Virus record (IMG/VR): IMGVR_UViG_3300027607_000106
Coordinates: 1-56,094 of that record
Reading direction: 5' to 3' (one strand)
Origin: a virus
Taxonomy: Duplodnaviria > Caudoviricetes
Length of the DNA stretch: 56,094 nucleotides
The notes below the pieces were generated by a model. That model had not been told where the DNA came from. It saw only the letters and a program-made list of their open reading frames with translations, and made no database searches. The translations under genes were made by a program, and so were the position numbers. Each line of letters begins with the position of its first letter. The first letter of the stretch is position 1. This document shows positions 29,604 to 38,676 of the stretch, piece after piece.

Positions 29604-30529
29604 GCGGCGCGCTCCATCCGAGCCATCAGCACGTCGTTCCAATCGCCGACCTGCGGGGGAATTGCGACGGTCACAGTGCGGCCGCGCGTTGCAAGCCGAT
29701 GCGCCAAGGCATATGCCGAGGATTGGCCGGTGAACCCGGCATCGTTGTCACCGAAGACGATGATCTCCTTCGCCTCCTCCGGCGGCTCCCATGCCATCAT
29801 CAGGCCAGCGGTGAGCGCGGCCCACACAGGTATGCTCCAGAGGACCGACGCGGAGAAAGCCGTCTCGATACCCTCCGCAACCCCGAGGACGTCGCCGGCC
29901 GGCGCAAGGCGGACAGCTCCACCCTTCTCGATCTTGCCGGGCATGAGCCCCCGTGGCTTCTCCACGGGCGCCTTCCCACCGTTACCGTCGAGAAACGTCC
30001 GGTGGATGGTCACCGGTCGACCGTCCGGCGCCATGAACTTCGCGATCATCGCCGGGAAGTAGCGGGCTTCGCCACCAATGTATCGGCAGCGCTCGACATA
30101 GCGAAGGGTCGACGGATAGTCGTCCGGCTCAATCCCGCGGCATTCGAGATAGTAGGCGACAGGATCACCCCGCTCGATGCGGTGTCCCACCCGCCACAGC
30201 CGGTTCATCGAATCCCGGAGCGATTGTTCGTCTCGCTTCTGCCGAACCTGTGTCGTCTCCGCCTTGCCGACGATCGCCTCGACCTCGCGGGCGCACTCGG
30301 CGAAGTCCCAGCCCTTCACCCTCATCAGCAGCGAGAAGCCGTCCCCCGCCCCGCATACCGAGCAAATCCACGTCCCGGTGCCGTCCTTGTCGTCGAACCG
30401 GAACCGGTCGCGCCCCTCATCGCAAACCGGACAAGGGCCGTGCTTGCCGGTCAGGTACCGCCGGTCGATCCCTAGCATCGACAACAGGCTTGGCCATCGG
30501 CCCTTGGCGAGATCGCGAAGACTGCTCAT
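29600..30529 (-). CDS. Primase (P4-type Zn ribbon + Toprim)
   Basis: HGPCPVC..GRDRFRFDD...WICSVCGAGDG, VAEGIETA and FGDND motifs. Confidence 0.9.
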   Translation of the reverse strand: MSSLRDLAKGRWPSLLSMLGIDRRYLTGKHGPCPVCDEGRDRFRFDDKDGTGTWICSVCGAGDGFSLLMRVKGWDFAECAREVEAIVGKAETTQVRQKRDEQSLRDSMNRLWRVGHRIERGDPVAYYLECRGIEPDDYPSTLRYVERCRYIGGEARYFPAMIAKFMAPDGRPVTIHRTFLDGNGGKAPVEKPRGLMPGKIEKGGAVRLAPAGDVLGVAEGIETAFSASVLWSIPVWAALTAGLMMAWEPPEEAKEIIVFGDNDAGFTGQSSAYALAHRLATRGRTVTVAIPPQVGDWNDVLMARMERAA

Positions 30530-32028
30530 GCCGCCTTGCCTCGCGATTTCGCGTAGCGGATGTCTTTTGCGCGGATCCACGACCGGACAACCTCGCCAAC
30601 GGCCTCAGCCGGCTCAGCGTCCTTCAAGCGCTGATCGTTGGGCCACACCGAATAGTAGTCGCGGTATGCATGCGCGACCCAGCCGGGCGACCGGCCACGA
30701 TCGAGAGCGAACCTGCGCAGCTGCCGGATGAAGTTGATCTTGACCGGCCATTCGTCGGTCTGGTTTCGCCGCTCAGCTGCGCTGACCTTTCGCCCGACGC
30801 GATTGACCTCGACGAGCTCACCATCCCCGACAGCCACATCCGCCTGTCGCTGCGGCGCGAACCCGCAGGACGGGCATTCGTGCGTCGATGGGGGCTTCAG
30901 GAAGGCGCAGGACGGGCATTCTTTCGGCAGCGGCGCAGACCGGTCCCGTTCGCCGCTCGACTTGCTCCTGCGGCCATCGTTGAGGGTTTCGTGCTTGATA
31001 TCCGTGACGAAACCCAAGCGCTGTGTCGTGTCGCTGTGATCCAGAACCCGGAGGTCCTCCTTGCCGACCGCCGTGCGCAAGCCGCGGCCGATCATCTGGA
31101 CGTAGAGCATCTCGCTTTTGGTCGGCCGGGCGAGCACGATGCAACGCACATCCCAGTCAACGCCGGTGGTGAGGCACGCGACGTTGCAGACGACCTTCAC
31201 GTCGCCGGAGTGGAACCGGCGACGGATGGCTTCCCGCTCCTCGGCATCCGTGAACGCGTCGATGTACGCGGTCGGAATTCCGGCTTCGGCGAAGCGCTCC
31301 TCGAGATGCCGGGCATGAGCGCGATCGACACCGAACACCAGTGTCGGGCGATCCTCGCCAAGGCGACGCCAGGTCTCGACGACATCCGCCGTCAGGTCTG
31401 GCTTGTCCATCGCTTCCGACAGGTCGCCCTCGTGATAGTCGCCCGCGACCGTCCGGACGCCCTGCAGGTCGGGATGCGACGGCGCGAAAACATGGAACGG
31501 CGCAAGATAGCCCGCCTGGATCAGATCCCCCGTTGTCGCCGCGATGATCAGGTCGTCGAAGTGCTTGCCAAGCCCCTTGGTCCACGGCGTCGCGGACAGC
31601 CCAACGAATGGGATTCCGGCCCATTCGGGCTTGGCCATCCACTTGCCGTAGAACTCGTACCAACGATGCGCCTCGTCAATCACGACGATATCGGCCTCGG
31701 GGATTTCGCGGCGCTGCAGGGTCTGAACGCTGGCGATCTGGACCGGCTTCGCGGCGTTGGTCATCTCGTGATTGGCCTGGATCACGCCGACGTCCCGGAT
31801 GCCTTCGGCCCAGAAGGCCTGCACGGTCTGATCGACCAGCGACAGGGCCGGCACCGTGAAGATGATCCGGTTGCCCTTGCCCAACGCGCCGTCGACGATC
31901 GCGGCGGCAAGGATCGTTTTCCCGAACCCCGTCGGCGCCTGGATCATGGGCCTGCGACGCCCCCCGACCAAGGACCAGCGAAGCCTGTCGAGGGCAGCAG
32001 TCTGATGAGGGCGGAGGTCGCTGTTCAT
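30526..32028 (-). CDS. SF2 DEAH helicase with C-terminal Zn ribbon
   Basis: PTGFGKT, DEAH, SAT, QMIGRGLR and CPSC...CPSC. Confidence 0.9.
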   Translation of the reverse strand: MNSDLRPHQTAALDRLRWSLVGGRRRPMIQAPTGFGKTILAAAIVDGALGKGNRIIFTVPALSLVDQTVQAFWAEGIRDVGVIQANHEMTNAAKPVQIASVQTLQRREIPEADIVVIDEAHRWYEFYGKWMAKPEWAGIPFVGLSATPWTKGLGKHFDDLIIAATTGDLIQAGYLAPFHVFAPSHPDLQGVRTVAGDYHEGDLSEAMDKPDLTADVVETWRRLGEDRPTLVFGVDRAHARHLEERFAEAGIPTAYIDAFTDAEEREAIRRRFHSGDVKVVCNVACLTTGVDWDVRCIVLARPTKSEMLYVQMIGRGLRTAVGKEDLRVLDHSDTTQRLGFVTDIKHETLNDGRRSKSSGERDRSAPLPKECPSCAFLKPPSTHECPSCGFAPQRQADVAVGDGELVEVNRVGRKVSAAERRNQTDEWPVKINFIRQLRRFALDRGRSPGWVAHAYRDYYSVWPNDQRLKDAEPAEAVGEVVRSWIRAKDIRYAKSRGKAA

Positions 32029-32597
32029 GAGCCCGCGCCCCCTGAGAAATTAACTACTTCAGTAGGTGTTGTATCCTCTTGGCTAGGTCTTTTGTCCCTG
32101 TCTATGTCCTTCTCTCTCTGCGACGTCGCGCGTACGAAACGCGTTTCATCATGCGTTTCATCATGCGTTTCAGGTGGCGTTTCATCCGCGTTTCGTTGGC
32201 GTTGCCGCCAGCGTTTCAGTCTATCGGCGTCCTTGTTTCGCTTGCTGACCTGAGTGCGTTTCCGCTCCCATGCTTCGATCGCCTTTTCGCAGACGACAGG
32301 ATGGTACAGTCGCCCATCAGTGCACTTGATCCAGCCCTGGAGCGCTGCGGTCCTGACCCTCTTCCACTTCGAACCGGCCTGGCTCAGGATCGCCAGCATC
32401 TTGTCATTGTCCGGCAAGGAACCCGCTGGCATCTGATGCCAGCTTTCCAGCCAGAGCGTCATCGCCGCGGCCTTCTCGTCGCCACTCGCGGTCAGCCACG
32501 TCTCGCTCGTCAGCAACCTGCGAATGTCGACCGGCATGAAGGGGAAGTCGCGGAGATCAAGATCGGCGTGAACAAGAGGCTCGGTCATTGCGGTCAA
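32025..32597 (-). CDS. Replication initiator N-terminal domain protein (YdaU/DUF1376-like)
   Basis: DFPFMPVDIRRLL.S, LW..SWHQ.PAGSLP.ND and DGRLYHPV motifs. Confidence 0.8.
   Translation of the reverse strand: MTAMTEPLVHADLDLRDFPFMPVDIRRLLTSETWLTASGDEKAAAMTLWLESWHQMPAGSLPDNDKMLAILSQAGSKWKRVRTAALQGWIKCTDGRLYHPVVCEKAIEAWERKRTQVSKRNKDADRLKRWRQRQRNADETPPETHDETHDETRFVRATSQREKDIDRDKRPSQEDTTPTEVVNFSGGAGS
32141..32218. repeat. Iteron-like GCGTTTCA repeats (candidate replication origin)
   Basis: Copies at 32141, 32153, 32165, 32177 (12-bp period), 32188 (variant) and 32211. Confidence 0.55.
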
Positions 32598-32818
32598 GCC
32601 TCCCGGAGGTCCAGTTTGTCGATCAGGAATTGCGTCTCCTCGTGCGTCAGCACCGAGACATCATCGGCGCGCATCTCCATCAGCAACCGCTTCAGTGCGG
32701 CGTCAGCGGCACCCGTGCCGCGCGCAACGAGCAGCATGGCGCTGGTGGCGTTGACGAGCGCCCGGCGAGCCGTGGAGCGTCTGTGTGGGTGCTCTTGCGG
32801 GAGATAGGCGACGGTCAT
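32594..32818 (-). CDS. Hypothetical protein
   Basis: Translationally coupled ORF. Confidence 0.55.
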   Translation of the reverse strand: MTVAYLPQEHPHRRSTARRALVNATSAMLLVARGTGAADAALKRLLMEMRADDVSVLTHEETQFLIDKLDLREA

Positions 32819-33003
32819 CGGATCACCTCGCCGAACAGGTTGCGCTCAGCCGGCGGGATGCGGCGGCGACCGTTCGCTGCCCATTGCAAGAGCATTGCAG
32901 CGAAGCCGAGTTGGCCGTTTATGCGCCGAATGCGGGCTTCGCGCAGAAGCGTCCGGCAGTAGAAGACCCGCATTTCCCTTTCATCAATGCCGACAGCAGT
33001 CAT
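32815..33003 (-). CDS. Hypothetical protein
   Basis: MTAVGIDERE...LLQWAANGRRR; ATGA-coupled. Confidence 0.55.
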   Translation of the reverse strand: MTAVGIDEREMRVFYCRTLLREARIRRINGQLGFAAMLLQWAANGRRRIPPAERNLFGEVIR

Positions 33004-34922
33004 TCGGCTGCCTCCGCCTGCACCGCCATGTCGGCGCAGTTCGCCGCGACCAGCGCGCGGGCGATATCCGGACACACCGAGTTCCCACACATCCGGATCG
33101 CCGCCGTTTTGGTCATCCGGATTTCGGCCCCGTCCGCGTCGACGCCGCGATCGATGATGTAGGAATCCGGGAATCCCTGCGCCCGGAACAACTCGCGCGC
33201 CGTCAGCATGCGCATGCCGATGTCGACGATCTCGAATGGCTCGCCGCCCACCGTGACAAGCCCGAAACGAGGCTTTGCCGTGACGGTGTGCAGCGGGTCG
33301 CCCAGGTCCTGACCGATCGCAGAGCCGAAATACTTGATCAGGAACGCGCGGACCTCGGCCTGATGCCAGCCGCCTGCCGGGTGTCTAGACACCTGCGCCG
33401 GGGCGGGCGCGTCCGGCCCGCTCATCCGCCGATCGGATCCTTTCAGGTTGACCAGCCCGGCCGAGACGACGGCCTGGGTGCAGCCCTTCTGCACCACGGT
33501 CGAGACCGGCTTGCGCGCGTCATGTCCCGTGACGCCCGTGTTGTGCTGCGCCAGGAACGCCGCGACCACCCCGAGCGGCGGCGCGCCGCCCGGCCGCTTG
33601 ATGTAGCTGTTCGCCGTGACGGTCGGTGCCGGCTCGTCGATCGGAACACCCCCGGAGTCGCCGCGAAACTTCGCCAGATGCGGCGCGATCAGGATCTGAT
33701 CGGCCTTCGCCGTCAGGGTGTTCAGCGGCGCGTTGCCGGGCTTCGGCGGCGATTGCGCCGCACGGCCGCCGCATCCCGACAGCACCGGCGCGACAAGCGT
33801 ATGGCCGTTGCCGTTCGGCACGACCGTCGGCGACGGACCGGTCACGGCATGGGTGCGCGGCTCCTGTCCCGCCCGCTCGCCATATCGCGGCACCAGATAG
33901 GGCGCGACGAGCGCCTTTTCGCCCCGGTTCGCCCCGGTAACGGTGCGCAGCGGGTCATCTATCCGCTCGACGCGATCGCCGCCCTGATGGGTCAGGTTCG
34001 CCACGAACGGCTGCACAAAGGCATGCCGGTTTTCCGTGACGACGGTGCGCAGCGGCTGGTCAACGGCCGAACTGCGATCCGTGCCGCCGGCGCCCTCGCC
34101 ATAATAACTGACTATAAACGGCTCCGCCGCATCGATCACATAGCGCTTCACGCCCTTTGCAATCCTGGCCATCGTGTTCTCCGCCAAGGGCCTCTTGCAG
34201 CCGATCGCGCGGGCCTCCTCTTTCGTCAGGAAGATCGACGGACAGGGAATCGAGAAGTCGATCACGCTGTCCGCTGCGGTGCGATAGGGCAGCTTGCGGC
34301 CGGCCAGGACATCGGGATCGTCCGGCGCGCCATGCGTCGGCTTTGGCCAGATAATCGGGTGCCCGTCGCGCCGGGCGATAACGAACAGCCGTTTGCGGAT
34401 GGTCGGCGCGCCATAGTCGCAGGCCCGCAGTTCCCGCCACTCGACCTTGTATCCGAGCCGCTTCAGGTCCTTCACCCAGGCCGCGAAGGTCTGCCCGCGC
34501 CGGTCCGGACACGGCGCGAACCGCCCCGGCTCGCGTTCGGTGAGCGGCCCCCAATCGCGGAATTCCTCGACATTCTCCAGGATGATCACGCGGGGCCGAA
34601 CGCGGCGCGCCCAAAGGACGACGGTCCAGGCCAGATCACGGATATTCCGCTTGACCGGCTTGCCGCCCTTGGCCTTCGAGAAGTGCTTGCAATCCGGCGA
34701 GGCCCAGAGCAGCCCGACAGGCCGGTTGCCGACCAGATCGTCGGGATCGGCCTTCCATATGTTGCGCTCGACATGCAGGGTCTCGGGATGGTTTGCCCGA
34801 TGCATCGCGATCGCTTCGGCATCGTGGTTGATCGCGATATCAGGCGACCGGCCGAGCGCCATTTCGATGCCCGTCGATGCACCGCCCCCGCCGGCGAAGG
34901 AATCGATGATCAGTTCCATCAC
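33000..34922 (-). CDS. C5-cytosine DNA methyltransferase with repeated variable region
   Basis: FAGGGGAS, catalytic SPDC, ENV, GAPTIRKRLF and CGNSV motifs. Confidence 0.92.
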   Translation of the reverse strand: MMELIIDSFAGGGGASTGIEMALGRSPDIAINHDAEAIAMHRANHPETLHVERNIWKADPDDLVGNRPVGLLWASPDCKHFSKAKGGKPVKRNIRDLAWTVVLWARRVRPRVIILENVEEFRDWGPLTEREPGRFAPCPDRRGQTFAAWVKDLKRLGYKVEWRELRACDYGAPTIRKRLFVIARRDGHPIIWPKPTHGAPDDPDVLAGRKLPYRTAADSVIDFSIPCPSIFLTKEEARAIGCKRPLAENTMARIAKGVKRYVIDAAEPFIVSYYGEGAGGTDRSSAVDQPLRTVVTENRHAFVQPFVANLTHQGGDRVERIDDPLRTVTGANRGEKALVAPYLVPRYGERAGQEPRTHAVTGPSPTVVPNGNGHTLVAPVLSGCGGRAAQSPPKPGNAPLNTLTAKADQILIAPHLAKFRGDSGGVPIDEPAPTVTANSYIKRPGGAPPLGVVAAFLAQHNTGVTGHDARKPVSTVVQKGCTQAVVSAGLVNLKGSDRRMSGPDAPAPAQVSRHPAGGWHQAEVRAFLIKYFGSAIGQDLGDPLHTVTAKPRFGLVTVGGEPFEIVDIGMRMLTARELFRAQGFPDSYIIDRGVDADGAEIRMTKTAAIRMCGNSVCPDIARALVAANCADMAVQAEAAE

Positions 34923-35617
34923 CGAATCATCTCCATCTGCTCCTGCGTCTGAACCGCGCGCGGCGCGGAAACATGCGCCCCGTCCGGTGTGTCGGCTTCA
35001 GGGAACGGCCGGCGCCGCAATTGCCGACACACCGCCTCGGCGATCTCGCGGCCCGTCATGTGCCAGGCCATCTGCCCGACGATCTCGCGGATCGGTGCAC
35101 GTCGCCCGTGCGCGACGCGGTTGCGCGTCGCCTCATCGACAAGCTCGGCGCGCCACAGCAGCGACAGCAGATCCCAAGCGCGCGGCTGCGCCATCTCCGG
35201 CCGGGGCATGCGCCAGGCGTAGTTCAGGTTGGCCCCGAATTCCTCGATCGTCGGGGCGGGATGGCACCACAGTTCAGGCCGGCGCGGCCCATTCATAACG
35301 CCCGCCAGATCCTCGGTTGGGCGCAGACCGTATTCGTATTCCTCGAACCACTTGCGATGGGCGACAACCACGACCTGGTGTGCCGCCTGCTGGAACGCCG
35401 CGACCTGTCCGGCCAGCCGGCTCAGCGTGTCCCGCTCCGATTTGATCTCGAACACCACCAACCGGTCGCGCCCCACGGCGGCGAGATCGACCCGCCGCTC
35501 GCCCATGACCAACTCATGCACCACCCGTGCGCCCTGCACGCCCGCAACGCCGCCCATCCGCCGGATGTGGCCGGCCACCGCATCGCGGATCTCCCGTTCG
35601 GCTGCCGAGCCCGGCAT
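34919..35617 (-). CDS. PD-(D/E)XK nuclease-like protein (MmcB/sce7726-like)
   Basis: HEL...RVDLAAV...FEIKSERDTLSRL..Q. Confidence 0.7.
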   Translation of the reverse strand: MPGSAAEREIRDAVAGHIRRMGGVAGVQGARVVHELVMGERRVDLAAVGRDRLVVFEIKSERDTLSRLAGQVAAFQQAAHQVVVVAHRKWFEEYEYGLRPTEDLAGVMNGPRRPELWCHPAPTIEEFGANLNYAWRMPRPEMAQPRAWDLLSLLWRAELVDEATRNRVAHGRRAPIREIVGQMAWHMTGREIAEAVCRQLRRRPFPEADTPDGAHVSAPRAVQTQEQMEMIR

Positions 35618-35841
35618 CACTTGCCACCCCGCCGGTAGTATTCCTGCTCGGTGATCTCCGCGCAGGTAAACATGGACGCGATCTTCCGCTCCTCCGCTGC
35701 ATTGCGCGTACGGTGGCCGTTCTCGACGAGGAGCTTGTAATCCTCTGCCTGCTGGGTCGCCTCGCCCCAGGTATCGATCGCGGCCTGCTGCAGGTCGTCG
35801 TTGAGCTTCCGTTTCGGCGCCGGCCAGTCCTCGCGTTTCAT
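35617..35841 (-). CDS. Hypothetical protein
   Basis: Coupled small ORF. Confidence 0.5.
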   Translation of the reverse strand: MKREDWPAPKRKLNDDLQQAAIDTWGEATQQAEDYKLLVENGHRTRNAAEERKIASMFTCAEITEQEYYRRGGK

Positions 35842-36725
35842 TCGGCGGCTCCCGCGAACAATTCGGATTGCCGGTCCTCGGCATCGAGATAGCGGCAGGA
35901 CTGGCGCCAGTAGCTTTCCTTCAATTCGATGCCGATGAATTTTCGGGATTGCTTGAGCGCGACGACACCTTCGGAGCCGATCCCCATGAATGGCGACAGC
36001 ACAACATCACCCGGATTGCTCCAGAGCGTTATCGCGCGTTCAATCACGTCGAGTTGCAGCGGACACAAATGGCGCTCGTCCTGCGCCTCACGCGCCATCC
36101 TGACGTTCAGGACATTAGACTGATCAACTGTCATCCAAACCGGTGATGCCCATTCCTGCCATTGATCGAGCGGAAACTCGGTTGGCGTGTGAGCAATCGG
36201 CTCGGCATTGTCACCGGGCTTTACGAAGGTCAGCAGATAGTCGGGCATCCCGCCGCGCGACTTGGCGCTGTCCTTCTGCAGTTGCTTGTAAAGAAGGCCA
36301 ACATGCTTAGTCCGCGTCATCTCCGTGACCGGACACTTCCAGATGGTCCGGCGCCCGTGAAGTATCCAGCCAGCACGTCGGTGGATATCTATAATCTGAC
36401 CTGAGAAATCCTTTATGCCCACTGCCCCATCCCGCCACTTAGTCATTGGCAGGTCGGAACAGTGCACTGCCGTCAGGCGTCCTGGCTTTGTTACTCTGAG
36501 CTTCTCACCAACCAAGTACGCATAGTGGGCCGCGAATTCCTCGTCGGTAGAATTCCCCATGTCAGCTGCACTTTCCGAGTACACGAACAACGACCCAAAC
36601 GGAGGTGAATAGATCGAGAAATCGACGCTGTTTTCTGGAAACTGGCGGGCGATGTCGACGCAATCGCCGTGATAGGCCGCATACCGATCGTCATGCACCG
36701 CGTTCAGGCAACGGATCTCAGCCAT
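35838..36725 (-). CDS. N4-C/N6-A DNA methyltransferase (beta class)
   Basis: GDC, SPPF, HLCPLQLDVI and SPFMGIGSEG motifs. Confidence 0.9.
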   Translation of the reverse strand: MAEIRCLNAVHDDRYAAYHGDCVDIARQFPENSVDFSIYSPPFGSLFVYSESAADMGNSTDEEFAAHYAYLVGEKLRVTKPGRLTAVHCSDLPMTKWRDGAVGIKDFSGQIIDIHRRAGWILHGRRTIWKCPVTEMTRTKHVGLLYKQLQKDSAKSRGGMPDYLLTFVKPGDNAEPIAHTPTEFPLDQWQEWASPVWMTVDQSNVLNVRMAREAQDERHLCPLQLDVIERAITLWSNPGDVVLSPFMGIGSEGVVALKQSRKFIGIELKESYWRQSCRYLDAEDRQSELFAGAAE

Positions 36726-38095
36726 GCCGGCACCTCCGCTATGTGGTTTGGGTCGTAGGCAACCTTGAGGCCGGCAGTGCGACCAGTCGCCCGGCGCATG
36801 GCATCCCGCATGGCGGCCTTCATCTTCGCGTGATCATCTGCCTTGCGGTTGATCACGCGGCCGATCGTGTCTTCGCCCTCGGCAACGACGAGATCGACGA
36901 TGACGCGGCGTTTTTGGCCATAGCGCCAGCAGCGGCGCACCGCCTGATACCAGGTCTCATAGGAGTAAGTTCGGCCGACGAAGGCCATCCGAGCGCAATG
37001 CGACCAGTCGAGGCCGAACCCGCACATGCTCGGCTTGGCGATCAACGTCTTGATGTCGCCCGTCGAAAAGGCTTCGAGGATCCGTTCCTTCTCATCGATC
37101 GACATTGAGCCGCGGACTTCCGACGCATCGGGGACCGCGCGCTTCAGAACGTCGGCCTCGTAGTTCGTGTCGCACCAGATGATCCTGGTTTCTCCGGGCT
37201 CATCTGCAACGAGCTCGGCCATCCGCTCGGCCCGCGCTTCGCTCGTCTGCCGCTTGACGTCGTGCATGGACGTTGCGGACATGGACGGGGATCCGAACAG
37301 TCCGCCAAGACCCTGCTGCAGATCGCTCTCGGCTGCACGATGCGAGCGCACCTCAAAGGGCGGCAGGTCGTATCCATCATCGCTGTCGCCAAGGTCGGAT
37401 GGCTTCTCCGCCATCCGGGCCCAGGACGCCATCCAATCCCAAAAGGCAGTCTCGGCGTGGCCTTTCAGGCGCCACTTGTGCGAAGCAGTGGACGTGTCGT
37501 TGATGAAGAACCGCGACAACATTTCGTTTGTCGCCATCGTGCCGAGAAACTCGGCATAGTTTCCGATCTCCATGTGATCGTTGGGCGCCGGCGTTGCGGT
37601 GGCCGCGAGCTTGAACCGAACACCGCGGAACATCTCAATCAGCGCGCGCGTCGTCTTTCCGGTGAAGGACTTGAGGATCGATGCCTCATCCAGCGACACC
37701 ACATCGAAGGCGGACGGATCGATCTTGTCGAGCCGATCGTAGTTGCAGATGTTGATGCCGGACCCGACGTCGGACGGCTCACGAATGACTCGCGCCTCGT
37801 AGCCCCATCGGTCCGCGCGGCGCTTCGTTTGAGAGGCAACCGCGAGCGGCGTCAGGATCAGCGCCCGGCCATTCGTCGGCTCGATGGCACGCTGACAGAA
37901 CTCAAGCTGGACTTCCGTCTTGCCCAGGCCGGTATCCAGGAAGCAGCCGGCCGATCCAACGCGTAGGTGGTGCTCGACGCAAAGGGCCTGGAAGGGAAAC
38001 AGATGATCGGCAAGCTCCGGCACACGCTGCAGGCCTCTCTGCGGCACGGAGACGGCCTTCTGTCGCAGGAACTGGCGGTAGGCGTCCTGTGTCAC
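36704..38095 (-). CDS. SNF2-like helicase
   Basis: DTGLGKT, DEAS, TATPAPND and QAVRRCWRYGQ motifs. Confidence 0.9.
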   Translation of the reverse strand: MTQDAYRQFLRQKAVSVPQRGLQRVPELADHLFPFQALCVEHHLRVGSAGCFLDTGLGKTEVQLEFCQRAIEPTNGRALILTPLAVASQTKRRADRWGYEARVIREPSDVGSGINICNYDRLDKIDPSAFDVVSLDEASILKSFTGKTTRALIEMFRGVRFKLAATATPAPNDHMEIGNYAEFLGTMATNEMLSRFFINDTSTASHKWRLKGHAETAFWDWMASWARMAEKPSDLGDSDDGYDLPPFEVRSHRAAESDLQQGLGGLFGSPSMSATSMHDVKRQTSEARAERMAELVADEPGETRIIWCDTNYEADVLKRAVPDASEVRGSMSIDEKERILEAFSTGDIKTLIAKPSMCGFGLDWSHCARMAFVGRTYSYETWYQAVRRCWRYGQKRRVIVDLVVAEGEDTIGRVINRKADDHAKMKAAMRDAMRRATGRTAGLKVAYDPNHIAEVPAWLRSVA

Positions 38096-38676
38096 TCTGC
38101 GGCCTCGACGAATTTGGTGGTTTCATTGCCGAACGTCTCAAAACCTGGATGCCCGGATCGGGCGAACAGTTCACATCGGGGACCGTCGAACATGTTTGCG
38201 ATCTGATCGCGGATAATGTCCGGCTTCCGGCTGTGCTCCCGGCGACGCGCGAAGAACAGGCTGCCCGGTTTCTTGCCTTCGATCGGCTGAACCCGGCCGC
38301 GCTTTGCAATCACCAGCAGTTCGCAGTTCCCGACAACCTCGTAACCGGTCCCGCGCGCCATGCTGTCGGGATAGATGAACATCTCGTCTTCGGACGGCCA
38401 GAGCTTCGCCCAGACGCGCGCGGTCGAATACCGGAAGCCCCACGGCTTCAGGACGTCCATTATGCGATGCAGCAGCGGCATCGTGATCCACAGGAACAGC
38501 CGGCAGCCGTCGGGATGCGCCAGGTCGCGGACCGGCAATCCGGCGATCTCGTCGATCGGCATTGTCGGGTAGTGCTTGCGCGGATTGCGCGACGGGCCGG
38601 ACGAGAACCGCCACGGCGGATCCGCGATGATCACGCGGTAGGCATGCGGCTCAAGCGGGGCGAAGGGCCAATTCAC
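38092..38676 (-). CDS. MT-A70 family adenine methyltransferase
   Basis: IIADPPW, HYPTM, LFLW, EHSRKP and ELFAR motifs. Confidence 0.9.
   Translation of the reverse strand: MNWPFAPLEPHAYRVIIADPPWRFSSGPSRNPRKHYPTMPIDEIAGLPVRDLAHPDGCRLFLWITMPLLHRIMDVLKPWGFRYSTARVWAKLWPSEDEMFIYPDSMARGTGYEVVGNCELLVIAKRGRVQPIEGKKPGSLFFARRREHSRKPDIIRDQIANMFDGPRCELFARSGHPGFETFGNETTKFVEAAE

Noticed and set aside
30250-34952. Long plus-strand ORFs 30250-32253 and 32895-34952
   Set aside because: Shadow frames opposite the helicase and C5 MTase in GC-rich DNA, with no recognisable motifs.
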